This document shows, piece by piece, positions 11,101-23,700 of a stretch of DNA of 64,000 bases (the first letter of the stretch is position 1; every line of letters starts with the position of its first letter). The notes under the pieces were generated by a model. That model saw nothing but the letters and a program-made list of their open reading frames with translations, searched no databases and was not told the DNA's origin. The position numbers were made by a program, and so were the translations under genes. Source of the stretch: Azolla caroliniana (taxonomy: Eukaryota > Plantae > Polypodiophyta); contig JBHGNT010000005.1 in assembly GCA_043228905.1 (NCBI GenBank), forward strand, positions 15,872,001-15,936,000, read 5' to 3'.

Positions 11101-14100
11101 GGTATGTAATGACATATGCAAGGGGAGCTGTTTCGTGGCCGTTGAGGCTGCAGAAGACGGTTGCGTTGTCAACCATGGAAGCGGAGTACATGGCGGTTGT
11201 GGAAGCCGGCAAGGAAATACTATGGATGAAGGACTTCATCGGAGAGCTCGGTATCCGGCAAGATGAATACCGGCTCTATTGCGACAGTCAAAGTGCCATC
11301 CACCTTGCTAAGAACGTAGTGTACCACTCCAAGACAAAGCACATCCAATGTAGATATCATTGGATCCGGGAGCGAGTAGAAGATCGAGAGTTTGCACTGA
11401 TGAAGATCCACACGGCCAAGAATGGGTCAGATATGCTGACCAAAGTACTGATACCTGACAAGCTGGATGCATGTCGGAAGCGGATCGGACTAGTAAGACA
11501 TCCCATGCCGGAGTGAAGGGGGAGTTTGTTAGGAAATAGGTCCCTCCGTATGGGAAATGAGAAGAACAGTGTTGATGAGCAAACTCGGCCGAGGCCGAAA
11601 CCGGATATGGTGTACCCGGCAAGGAAGACCCGGTGAGAACCGGATGTGGAGTACCCGGCAACGGAAGACCCTGTGAGAACCGGATGAGGAGTACCCGGCA
11701 ACGGAAGACCCGGTGAGAACCGGATGACGAGTACCCGGCAAGAGCCGGATGGTGAAGGCCCAGTGAGAAGTGCTCACCGGATGAAGGGACATATTCATAA
11801 ATATGTTTTCTGAGAGTCCATCGGGGCTATATTTGTAAATAGCCGAAAAGTCATATTAGTATAAATATGACTTAGGGAAAACTCAGTAGATTATTAGAGT
11901 TGTCATTCTTGTTGGTGTAAGATTTGAGCGCGTAATTGTGTACAAAGAGAGAGAGAGAGGAAGAGGTCGTTGCCTCTGTTGTAACCGCTGCCTGTGGCGA
12001 AGATAGCAAGCTCGAGATTGTTTGCCTCGGTGCTTTACTATTGTACATTGTGATATAGTGATAGTTTGCAGTCTGTGGGCTACCGTGGCTTTTCCCTAGT
12101 TTAGGTTTTCCACATTAACATCCTGTGTACTGTTCTCTTCACTGTGTCGTGCGTGCATTACCCGTTTTCGGTGTTTGATCCTAGGCTCGGTTGTGGCCGA
12201 GCGTTGTTCATCGGGAGTGTGTATTCCTGTCAAAGCTTTTCCTCGGTCGACACACCAGATTCTCTTTCCCTTTCTCCTCAAAGCCTTCGGGTTGCTGCAT
12301 GTAGATTTCTTCTTCCAACTCCCCGTGCAGAAATGTGGTTTTGACATCCAACTGTTCGATCTCCAGGTCCATGTTGGTCGCTATGCTCAGAACAATTCGT
12401 ATGGATGTCATCTTCACGACTTGTGCGAAAATTTCGTCAAAGTTGACGCCCTTCCTTTGTTCACATGTTGAGTCAGATTCGACTCTATTTGGGACAGGAC
12501 TCCTTTGTCTTTCCTCCTTGCCTCCTCGTTTAGAATGCTTGTCTTCACAATCTGTAAAGACAAGTTGTCTTCTTGACAGGAGGTGTTGAGAGTAACCACC
12601 AGGTTCTCCCAGCTTTCCGGTAGTGTGCACATCAGCAGGATGGCATGCATTGCGTCATCCAGGGGAAACTTGGTCGCTGCAAGTTGATTCACATACCCCA
12701 TGAATGTGTTGATGTGTTCAACGATGCTTTCACCGTCTCTGTATTTCAGTTGTACGATTTTTCTCATTAGCGAGGTTCTGTTTAGCGCATTCTTCCTCTC
12801 GTACAAACCTGACAGCTTCTGCCACATCTCGTGGGCATTCGTGTCGTTCGCCACATGCTGAAGGACACTTACATCGACACATTGTCGGATTGTGGCCACC
12901 GCCTTCCTATTCAGAAGCTTCCAATCCGACTCCAATACCCCCCTGGGTATTTTTGCTCTGTCGACTGACTCGTACAAGTCTTTGACTATGAGAAGGTCCT
13001 CCATCTTGATCTTCCAGTCTACATAGTTCTGTGAGTTGAGAACTATCATACCTGGGAAACCGCTCACACCTCCTTTCATGCTTGCACCTCAAGCTCTGAT
13101 ACCAGTTTGTTGAGAAATCGACGCGGAAGAGATCACAATAAACGAACTACGTGCTGAAATACGAATCACAAGAATACACCAGAAAGACAAGATAAACAGA
13201 TGTACACAGAGATGTACGTGGAAACCCTAAAACGGGGAAAACCACGGGAACAGAACTTCACTATACAAATAGTGGATATACAATACAGAGAGGATTACAA
13301 CACTCTTGCGAGTGGATCAGCCGCACAGGCTCTTCGCGTCTGTTGTTGCTCACACAACTATGGCGCAACTCATGCTTCTCTCTCTCACTCACTCACTCTC
13401 TACACACACAATTCTTCACCACACATAAAGTTTGCCCTAGTTGTATATATACTTACACAACTTTCTGGCTATTTACATGTATAGTCACCCGAGTTGGCTA
13501 TTTACACGATTCCGGTTTCGGCCTCAGCCGAGTCACTCATCAACTCAGCTCCTCTCTCTTTCCCATCTGGAGGGACTTGTTTCCAACAAATAGTTGGGTC
13601 CAACCAGCTTAATCATCCCACCAAGAGATTCATCCATCTTCCAATCTTATGGAATGTATGAACCTCTGCTTTGATACCACTTGTTAGGAAATGGGAATTG
13701 GGATTAGCTTAGACAACCAACTCTGTAAATAACAGATGTAACTGAAAATAGAGTACACCTGATTTTTATGTGGAAAACCACAGGACACTTAGGGTACCAA
13801 AACTTTCACTATGCTTAGAGTACAAGTGAGAATAACTTCTCTAGTGTTCACTAGGGGAATACATGTGCATCAATGCAACAACCTTGGTAACAGTCTTCAC
13901 ATGGATGGATGGAAAGAACAAACAAGAAGACAGAAAAAAAAGCAGAACAACAAAACCTGATAGAAACAGATACTAAAGTCGTTTCCCAGTCTAAGGGTAC
14001 AAGCTTCTTGGTAGCACGAACAACCCTTTCGAATTCTCTATCCTTTCATTTGCAAGATCTTGAAATGCTCTCGCACTCTCGTCTTTTTTTCTTCTTCAGT

Positions 14101-14786
14101 CACAAACACTCTCTCTTCCCCCTCTTTTCCTCGTCTATGTATGTATTTATGTGTTCACACACATATAGTATTATATATATAAATTACTTACGGCCCGGCC
14201 CTCACCCGACGTTTGGCTCTCAACCGACCCTTAGCTGGCTCTGAGTTGTGGGTTCCACTTGAGTGGACCCCCCCCCCCCCCCCCCCCACACCACACACAC
14301 ACACTCACACACTATGTAAGTTGTGTGTGCGTGATGGTGCCTCCTGCTCTTACAAAGATGAAGGACTCTAGGTTTAGGGTTATTTTAATCATTCGGAGTT
14401 GTACTTTGTAACGTCAAATATATGATCTCGATGTACTATCTAATGCGGGTTGCCAACCTTTTTTGTATATTCTAGAACCAAGGTTGTTACCCTGTACGAG
14501 ATGTACGGAGAGTCAAGTGTGATGAGCGAGGGTCGAATGTTATCATGATGTTGTTGTGTATGTGTAGGGAGCATAAATGTAATTGTGAGTCTATACGTAT
14601 GTGAACACATGCACACGTGTGTGCATGTGGATGGATACGAGGAGGTATGAGTGAGTGTCCAGTATGAATGCTCGAGGGGGCTTACACCCCTATGTATCTA
14701 CCCCCTTTTGTACCTATTTAACCCCTTATGGGGAATGAATGAATACAACAATAACCATTTCTCTCTCAATCTCTCTCTTGTCATCT

Positions 14787-15195
14787 CTCTCCTTGATGAA
14801 GCAGAAAATCAAAGAAGAACCAAACGCCCTTGGATGTCGGGTTTCAAAGCAACTCGACGAGATGTAGAAGCAATAAAGAAAATAAGGGAACGTGAACTAC
14901 ACCGCCTAGATGCCATGACTAGGGCACTCTATGCATCGGGACCATGGGTCACACCCACACCAAAAACTTTTGACCTCCCACTTCTTTTTGAGAGACTTGG
15001 GTGGAAATGAGAGTAGGCTTAGTGCAAAGTTTTGTACACTACTAGAACTTTCTTAGCTTAAGCTATTTTCTTTTATTTTAGTTTTGATGATTGGATAAAC
15101 ACTCATTTTTGTTGTAACCCAATTGTCTCATGGGCCAAATTTGGCCTTAGAAGACGTTAATATATCTTTCTTTCTTTCTTTCTTTCTCTCCCTCT
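14787..15195 (+). mobile_element. 5'-truncated copy (3' end) of the RTE-X-like LINE at 46371-49790, inserted in the CT-rich tract of an LTR-like repeat
   Basis: Near-identical to 49386-49790 (LLDEAENQRRTKRP...PWVTPTPKTFDL and 3' UTR). It ends in (CTTT)n and is flanked by CT-rich DNA on both sides. Confidence 0.9.
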
Positions 15196-15807
15196 CTCTC
15201 TTCCCTCCCCTTAACGTTGAACCCCCTTGGGAGGGGGGTGGAGCCATCCTAGGCACCACCCCCCACCCCATAATGCTACTCAATGCTTGTCATCTCTCTC
15301 ACCATCAATCCCATAACGCTCATCATCCTCATCAAACACACCATCTCCATCACCAATATCATTACCATTAACCCTAACCCCTAAACGTACAACAAAGGCT
15401 GCTAATGGCCTTTGTATTTTGGAATCAAGGATGGCAACCTTTTTTGGGCCATATCAATATGGTTAATTTTGTAATATCAAATCAATATTTGAATCTCATC
15501 TTGGTTGTATATGACTCAATGCAAATCTTATTCAATGAGTCAGATGTTGAGGACTTTGAGATAATGGATTAAGCCTTGTATTTTTTATGGTTTTTGATTC
15601 ATACATACATACATACATGTGTGTGTGTGTGTATAAACTAGGGTTGTAATGCTTTAGTAAAAACTTGTTTCTTGGTTGGGGGTCTTCTTAGATGAGCTTT
15701 TTTATCACTTTATGATACTAATGTGGGGGATTAGATGCTCTCCTAGTGCTGAAATCATTCTCGAAGACTTGAAATCATGCTCTACTAGTGTTGCATAGCC
15801 CTAGTAA

Positions 15808-16338
15808 TAGGGATCGGCAACGGTTCGGTTTAGGCTTAGCCTGTTTGGTCTTATCCAAGCCAAACCGGCTAAGCCTAAACCATTTTGGGGATCTCAAACC
15901 TAAACCGAACCGAACCGGTTTAGTAAACAGCTTAGAAACCAGTTTCCAAACCGGCTTGGAAACCAGTTTGGAAACCTCCCTCTCTCTCTCTCTCTCTCTC
16001 AGATGATCGACTATATAGTACACATTGTACAAGCTCTCCCTCCCACTCTCTCTCTCACGTCTATGTGGTCTCAACTCTCTCTCTCTCTCTCCCCTCGTCT
16101 ATTTAGTCTCCCTCCCTCTCTCTCTCTCTCTCTTTCCCCTTGTCTATTGTCTCCCTCCCTCCCTCTCTTTCTCTCTCTCTCCCTCTCACTCTAAAGTTTC
16201 TAAATGGCTTAGTTGGCTTAGTCGGTTTGGCGAGGCTCAAGCCAAGCCGACCCGAGCTCAAGTTCAAGCCTAAACCGAGCCGAGCCGAGCCGCTAAGCCA
16301 AACGGTTTAGACTTGAGCCGAGCCGTTGTCGATCCCTA
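15808..16338. mobile_element. Non-autonomous hAT-superfamily element (MITE), 531 bp
   Basis: TIR TAGGGATCGGCAACGG at the left and CCGTTGTCGATCCCTA at the right. 8-bp TSD CCTAGTAA at 15800-15807 and 16339-16346. Subterminal AAACCG/CCGAG repeats and an internal (CT)n. Confidence 0.9.
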
Positions 16339-16824
16339 CCTAGTAAGTCAATAATGGAGAAGATAGGCTATGTGAACACTGCACTAAATGGGGAGTTTAA
16401 TTGCTACTCTATTGCTATAGGAAAGTTCATGTGCCCGCCCCCACAAATGTGTAGGTCAAGTTTTAATGAGTAGCCCCCACAAATGTGTACCTCAAGTTTT
16501 AATGTTAAAACTTTTGTTCGAAATCCTCAAAAATCAATTATTCCATTTGTTCCAGTGAGGAGCCCGAGTCATTAATGAGGTGCCCGACTCATATCAAGGG
16601 AGGGAGCCCGACTCATTAACAGGCAGGTGCCCAACTACGTGTAATGATGGCGTTGCAACGATCATACTAAATTGATTCACCAAAGTCACTAGCATGCACT
16701 AAGAGGTGAACTCATTCACTAAGAGTTGAAATCATTCAGATCATTCACAGTCTATTAATCACTCGCACTGATTTCATTCACCTCAATCACAGTCAAACTA
16801 CAAAAACCATTCACGAATAACTAA

Positions 16825-17144
16825 CATTCTCGATCATTCACTAAGAGCCGAAATCAAGGCTCGAAGTGCTGAAATCAATCTCGAGCTAAATCATTTAAGA
16901 AGAATTGAAATCATCCACTTCATTCATGTGCATTCTCGATCATTCACTAAGAGCTGAAATCAAGGCTCGAAGTGCTAAAATCAATCTCAAGCTAAATCAT
17001 TGAAGAAGAGTTGAAATCATCCACTTCATTCATGTGCATTCTCGATCATTCACTAAGAGCTAAAATCAATGCTCGAAAGTGCTGAAATCAATTTCGAGCT
17101 AAATCATTGAAGAAGAGCGGAAATCATCCACTTCATTCATGTGC
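16825..17144. repeat. Three tandem ~106-bp units upstream of the MULE transposase
   Basis: CATTCTCGATCATTCACTAAGAGC...GAAATCATCCACTTCATTCATGTG at about 16825, 16931 and 17037. Confidence 0.85.
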
Positions 17145-17310
17145 CTTATCGATTACATTGAATTCATTTGAACTTCAATCATTGACATTCATTTGAATTC
17201 ATTCACTTCATTCATTGGCATAATCGCTCACATTCACCTCAATCACTGCCATTCTCGATCACATTGTATTCGCTCACTTCAATCACCGGAATAATTGACC
17301 ACAACCATAA

Positions 17311-20200
17311 ATGGAGAGCACAATGCATCATGGTATCTTCGCCATGTCGGAAGATGAATTGGAGGATACTTCATGGTCATCCAACGCATCGTTTGTATCT
17401 GAGGACGAATTGGAGATGCCTTTTGAGTCATCTGATTTCGATCATGAGGATGAGGTAGTGGATCCCTTAATGTATTGTTCCCCCAGGTATTTTGCATTCT
17501 CAATAGGTACGTATGATTTGATGGTTAAAGATTTATCGGGACAAGTTAACGTAACATTAGAAGCATTACGTGATGTCGCAAGGGGTGCATCTCTCAATCT
17601 CCATGCATGGAGGCACATGAAGAGTCGTCTCATACTCGGGAATGAGAGTGCAATCTACCCAACGACATCACCTAATCTTCAAGTAATATATGTCGGGAAA
17701 TGGATGGAGGTAGTATAAGCGTCACATGGTGACGCATCCCATCACACATTTTCAAAGACTGTTAAAGAGGTAAAGCAAGATTACACGACTGATGTACGTG
17801 ATTATGGGATCGTAACAGAGTACATAAAAGCACTCATTAGAAGTTTGTGTTTGCCAAATGGCATCGAAGGTCGACCCAAACGAAGGTTTGGGATTGAGCA
17901 TGGCCAAATATAACAAGACCCTACCCATAGAAGTGATCAAGGTAGAAACCCACCAATTAGATGATGCGCTCATGAATTTGCAAACCAAGTATCACATGCT
18001 TAAGGAAAGGAGTCAAGAAGGGTATGGGTGTGACTAGGTATAGTTGTCATCGTGCTAGGACATCTCGACTTGCATCTAATTCCACTCAACGATGCATGCG
18101 CTCACCCCGATGTGGGTGTACATTCCATGTGGACGTTAGAATGAATGTCGGGGTTGACAATGAGACACTAACCATTTAAATATATGGACCTCATAGTGGT
18201 CATGTACCATGTAGTAGGTCGGATGTGTACCATTTGCCAATGCACCCCAATGTCATAAGTTGTTGCAAAGATGACCTATTTGATGTTGGGTGTGCAAGGC
18301 ATGTGGCACGAATGAGCATGCATAAGGAAGCATATCATAAGTCCAAGGCTAGTCCATTAGAGTGTGTTAGCTATAGGTTCTTTATGATACCAAAGGAGGT
18401 CCATAACATGGCAAATAGGTTAAAAATTGGGAGTGCCATGACTAAGGTTTATTGGGCTTTGATGATGCAAGATGCTTATGCACTTCGAGATATTGGGAAA
18501 GTGGCTCATGTTCAACCCTACCTGCTTGGTGAACTAGGATCTCCTGCCAGACAACCATTTATCTTGATACTTCAAGATTGATGGATGTTGGAAATGTGTG
18601 AGCGGTTGACCCTAAACAACTCTTGGGCAATCAACTCAACATTTAAAAAACAAACCAATTCGGGTTATCATTATATGCAGTTGTTGCTCCCAACACCATG
18701 GGAATTGGAATCCCGTTATGGTACATGCTTTGTAGTTTTGATAAGGGGTCAAACCATGAGTCGCATTAGAAACTTGTTTGAGAGTCATATTCGCAAGGAT
18801 GCCCACGGTGAGGCCAAATGCAAAAGTGATTGATAAATGTTGGACATCATATAATGCCATAACTAATGTGTTGCAACAAACTGTCAATCTTGGATTGTTG
18901 TAAATGGGCAACGGTCGCAAACACATAGTCGACTTTTTTTGTGTCAGTTTCACGCCAAAAAGTCATGGGTGGACAACTTGTTGCCAAAAGTAAGTGCAAC
19001 TGAGAGAAACCATCTTTATCAACGAATGTGCCAACTCATGCAATGCATTATTGAATCCGCATTGAATGCGATGTGCGAGGAGTTAAAGGTAGAATTTGCA
19101 GACAAACCCGGTGTTTGGCAATATATAGGAGGATGGTGTGGTTTGACATGTGTGTGGAGGAAACTCTAGGCCAAGTTTGGTAGAATGTTCAACTATGGAC
19201 ATGTCGACACTACCAATATCGTGGAAAGACATTGGCAGTTTATAAAGTATACTGTCTTGAGAGAAAGAATAAACCGATCAATTACCGACCTTGTGCATGT
19301 CTTAATCGGGGACAATGAAACTGGCACTTGCATCGGAGGAATGATGATAGAGTGGTACAAGAAATCTGTGATAGTGGTCAGTTTGCACCCTGTGCAATTT
19401 GTAGGGATCAAAGGTCCCAACTTAAAGAGGCGGAGAGAATATTGGAAAGGTATGTCGACGATACTTCCACAATGCAAATTGTGGACGAGGCCCGATATTG
19501 GTTTAGAATCTTGAGCATGACGACTCCCACTCTATGGTATAATGTCTCACTCCAATGCTCATATTGTGATTGCCAAGACCTTGCGAGTAAATGTAAGCAT
19601 TTACTCGGTATCCGAATGATTATTGAGAGGCATTTATGTGGCTCATTTCCTTTTATAGATCACACGACCCAAATGTGAATGGACCTTAATACTGAAATAG
19701 AAGTGGAGGCAGAGGTAGAACGAGTCGGTGAGACAAACCCCACAACATTCGAGATTGAATCATTGAAATCCAAAATACAAACGATCGAGGAAGCACTTCA
19801 ATGTCTCAAGCAAGGGTTAGGAACCTTTGACCGTGCAACTATTTGGGAATGTATACAAACATTGGAAGATGTGGCTAAGAAGGTGTATCGGGTTGGTGCA
19901 CCAAAATCAACCAATGGAGAAGATGGCAAATCAATAAGTCGCAACCAACAAATCGGTGCCAAAAGAAGCGCAACAATAGACATCTCGCAAGAACTTATTG
20001 GCAGCTCCCCAAACACTTCCTGAAAAACTACAAAGAGGTGCAAGTCGGGGCTAGGAGGCGATTGCCAATATATGACCATGAGAAGGTTCAGTGTTTGCGT
20101 TGCGATGGCTTGACCTTGACTTCAAGGGACTTGATTGTTACATGTTGTAAAAATTGTGGTTACATCTTGCCATCATCCCGACATGCGCCATAATCTTAAC
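17311..20200 (+). pseudogene. Degraded Mutator-like (MULE) transposase with SWIM zinc finger
   Basis: Frameshifted fragments: WAINSTFK/TNQFG (MULE DxTxxTN region), CQFHAKKSW (CxxH), DTTNIVERHWQFIKY (catalytic E region) and SWIM CDCQDLASKCKHL. Many stops; TIRs not resolved. Confidence 0.7.
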
Positions 20201-20756
20201 ATGTAATGTGTGTATTCATATTTCCTTTTAGGGTTCCATGGCTTGGATTATTCTCATTGTCAACATTTGACATTTTAATCTTTTATGTAAGACTTGTTAT
20301 TTGAATCTTTAAGTTGATTTGTTATTTGAAGCTTGGAGATATAACTTTGTGTGATTTTTGAGTTTTAAGTTTTCAGGTTTTGAGCAATTGGAAGCTTAGG
20401 TTTTTTTTGAGTAATTTTATGATCATTTTCATGGCAAATATTTGTTGTACACTTTAACCATTTTTTTTTTGGGAGTTTTTTGATGTTTGTTTCTAAGTTG
20501 GGGGCTCCTCTTTTGGTGCGTCACAGACAGAGAGACACAGAGACATATATATATATATATGTATCAGTATATATATATATATATATGTATCAGTATGTAT
20601 GTTATGTGTTGAAATCGTCAAGACTGCAGATTATGGCGCTGCGAAGCTACTCTTGGTGACCGTTTTGTTCCTACAGGGGCCAATCCAATCCAATCCAATC
20701 CAATCCAATCCATAGCCAACAACAGATCCCCTCGCCTTTCATATCTGTTGTTCACC

Positions 20757-23700
20757 ATGGAACCTTCATCTCCTCCTCCTCCTCCTCTTTCTTCTCCTTC
20801 TTCTCCGTTTGATGGTCATCATGGAAAGCTTCGTGTAGCAGGGAATGAACACCATCTTCACTATCATCATCATAAGCATGAAGAAGAAGAAGAAGAAGAA
20901 GAAGAAGAAGAAAAACAGAAACATCTTCATCTTCATGACCATGGAGCAGAAGTAAACAGAATAGAAGAAGAAGAAGAAGAAGAAGAAGAAGAAGAAGAAG
21001 AAGAAAAGCAGAAGAAACAACAACCAATCTTCTTCTCTCGACATTACTCATTCCAGGAGAATCTTCATCCACAACAACAAGACCATCGCCATCACCATCA
21101 TCACAACCACCACTACCCACACCAACAACAACAGCAGCAGCAGCAGCAGCAACAACACACCTTCTCTCGCCATGCTTCCTTTAATCTGCCTCCAAAAAGT
21201 AAACCCTTCGGATTTGCAATTTCCCCTGTTCCTCCCCCTCCTCCTTCTTTTCCGTCCTTTTCCTTTTCCTCTTCTTCCTCTTCCTCCCCCTCTCCTTCGA
21301 TTTCTCGAATGTCTTCTTTCCAAGATCCAAAATCTCGGAGGGCTCTGAATCGCATTGTTTCCATTGATCGGCACCGAGCTCCTGAAGTCTTCAGCTCCCA
21401 AGAAGACGTTTGGAAAGGCCAGTTTGTGTCCACTCATTCCAATATTAACCAAGAGAAAGAAGAGAAGGAAGAAAAAAAGAGGATTTTAGGCAAACATAAT
21501 TCGCCCAAGTTTTCAACCTCAACTTGGAGGAGCTTGGCTCTTTCAACTTTAAGGTCTGGCAAAAGAAGTGGCCCTCGGAAGCTTCTCATGCTTATCTTTC
21601 TCAACTTTACATATTCCTTTGTGGAACTTTTCTTAGGTCTTCTTTCTGGACGAATTGGTAAGTTTTCTGCTTTATTCCATTATTTCAAGTAGATCTTACC
21701 CATGATTTCAACATGAGTCAGTCTGTAGTTAAAAGCAAGTTTACTCCACTACTGTGAGTTAATTCTCAAACAATGAGTAAGAACTAGGAGATTGGCAAAT
21801 CATGCAACTTTATGGGAATGCAAATCATATGTAGTTTGTGAAGTGGATGAAAATATAGTATCTTATCGAAATGCTCACTGACAGAAACATGATTCCTTTT
21901 GCAGGCTTGGTGTCAGACGCCTTCCATTTGACTTTTGGTTGTGGACTCCTGTCATTTTCTTTCATTGCAATGCTCTTCACAAAAAGATTTCCAGATGAAG
22001 CCTATACTTATGGGTAAGCTAAACTTTTGTGGCCTTTTTGATGTCATACTTGATTTTCTTGAATGAAGTAATTCGAGCAAGAATCAAGATTGAAATTTAA
22101 TTCTATAAATTTCCAAGGGTATCTTGCACATTAGTTATTATGGGGAGTTACTGCTAGACAATGTGACATGTGATATCCTTATGATTTATTGTATCTAGAA
22201 GATATGGAGAATTCGTTATCAATTATCTTTGATCTCCATGCAAGTATGAAGTACGATATTAATATAATTGAATTGCATATTTTTCAAAGAATGAATTTGT
22301 TGGAAAAGTGTATGGTCAATTTCTTGACTGGCCAGTATTTGAATAGTCTGTTGGATATTACCTAGATTGTGTGTCACATACTGTGTTGCACATGGTTATT
22401 TGAACAAAAGGTTGCTTGTGGACATAATTATATGCATCTTGTTGACAAATTCTGCCCATCACTCTCCCGAGAAGCAATAGGAATTCAGAATAAGTAGAGT
22501 TCACTTGATATGAATGTTGATATATGAGCCTCAGCTATCCATGAGCACTGACGATGACGGTCGGTGCTATGGAAAAGTTTTGCGTTGTAAAAATCTATGC
22601 TTCTTGAGATGTATTTCTTGTGTAGTGTAGGTTTTTGTTTTTAAGATGAGAATATCTAGATATTATGACTGTCTCAGTCTCAGATACTCTGATCTTTATA
22701 GTGGGTGTTTGATTTGCAGAATCCTATAGAACTTGTGCAACAATATGAATGCTTGCTTTCTTAGGTAGAGAGTAGAGCCTATTATGCTTTGGACTTGACA
22801 CTAATTTTGATTTGCATTCAGGTATAAACGGCTGGAGGTTCTGGCAGCATTCACAAATGCTGTAAGTATCTAACAGTCAGGTTTACAGCATGCTTGCGGT
22901 GTGATTCTATGAGTGAGGCGATAAATAATAATATTTGTGGTTCTTCTGGATAGACAGCTCTTTCTGCTTTTCCTTTCGTTTTCTCTTGCTGTTGAAGCCC
23001 TGCATGCTTTTGTTCACGATGAGTCGGTGCACAAGTAAGACAAGTCGTAGCATTTTGTTTTCTATATTAAAATATTATGATAAATGATTTGATTGGATGT
23101 GGCATCAAAAGGTTGAGAATGAGGTATTTGAGGTTTTGTACAGACACTACCTGATTGTATCAGCAGTAACGAATCTTTTTGTTAACCTTGTGGGAGTATG
23201 GTTTTTTCGTGGCTATGCAAGAATCCGGATAGGTATGAAATATTTTAGCAATGATTTTAACTATTAAAGCTTTTGTTTTGTTTGCGAAATCAGAAGAAAA
23301 CATTGTCTATTTATGATGAGCATTTTAGATAGGTAAAAATAAGTTATGGGTTCTACAGTACTGAGTGTTCAACCGCTACATTCTGTATGGATGTAGCTGG
23401 GTTTGTAGGGTTGTCTGGTGGAGACTAGAACATCATGTATTTAACCTTACGTTTGTCTAGAAGGGGGAGGCAGGGAGAAATCACTCTTCCTGATGTGAGT
23501 GATACAAATAAATAAGAATGTGCATTACATTGAAAAAGAGAGAGGTGGAATCATAATCTTCGTGATTTCTAATGTGCAGCATACCGAAAGGCCGAGGATA
23601 TGAATTATCATTCGATTTTTCTCCATGTGCTATCTGATTCCATCCGAAGGTAGGAACTTTTATATTTAGTGAATGACTTGGGGAATTACATGTCCTTGAA

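Larger units (their letters stand above)
5120..12232 (+). mobile_element. Ty1/copia element B, full-length but mutated, LTRs 5120-5897 and 11527-12232, TSD AAGCT; inserted antisense into the RT of A
   Basis: TG...CA LTRs. AAGCT at 5115-5119 and 12233-12237. tRNA-Met PBS TGGTATCAGAGC at 5901-5912 and PPT GAGTGAAGGGGGAGTT at 11511-11526. Gag from 5929 with CFYCGKMGHFKKNC knuckle, protease VVDSGA, integrase (HTD...RADN...NGLAER), RT YVDD and RNase H. Stops at 8883 and 10643, plus frameshifts near 6447, 9940 and 11027. Confidence 0.95.
3550..13588 (-). mobile_element. Ty1/copia element A, internally deleted, with paired LTRs 3550-4031 and 13108-13588 and TSD AATAG
   Basis: Two near-identical ~482-bp TG...CA LTRs. 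AATAG at 3545-3549 and 13589-13593. PBS TGGTATCAGAGC(-) at 13093-13104 and PPT at 4032-4046. Gag at 13079-12460. RT (LDVKTTFLHG ... LYGLKQAPRQW ... YVDD) and RNase H at 12460-12238 and 5119-4040. Confidence 0.95.
2682..14250 (-). mobile_element. Degraded Ty1/copia element Z (outer host of the nest): 5' LTR from 13682 rightwards, PBS, gag split by element A
   Basis: PBS-like TGGTATCAAAGC(-) near 13668-13679. Gag MDESLGGMIKLVGPNY (about 13645-13590) continues across element A as YSVWKFKMRDMLLCKDFWLPV (3549 leftwards). A UBN2-like gag at 2984-3373 and a knuckle remnant CHYCG near 2810 follow. The outer LTR boundary is uncertain. Confidence 0.75.

Noticed and set aside
15368-15387. Telomere-like TAACCCTAACCCCTAAAC
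   Set aside because: Only two or three imperfect units, too short to call an interstitial telomere.
20752-21452. Minus-strand poly-Leu/Phe/Cys ORFs
   Set aside because: Antisense shadows of the trinucleotide repeats in MTP5 exon 1.
21658-21692. End of the 314-aa ORF as a single-exon gene
   Set aside because: This is read-through into intron 1; the GT donor at 21658 splices in frame to conserved MTP5 exon 2.
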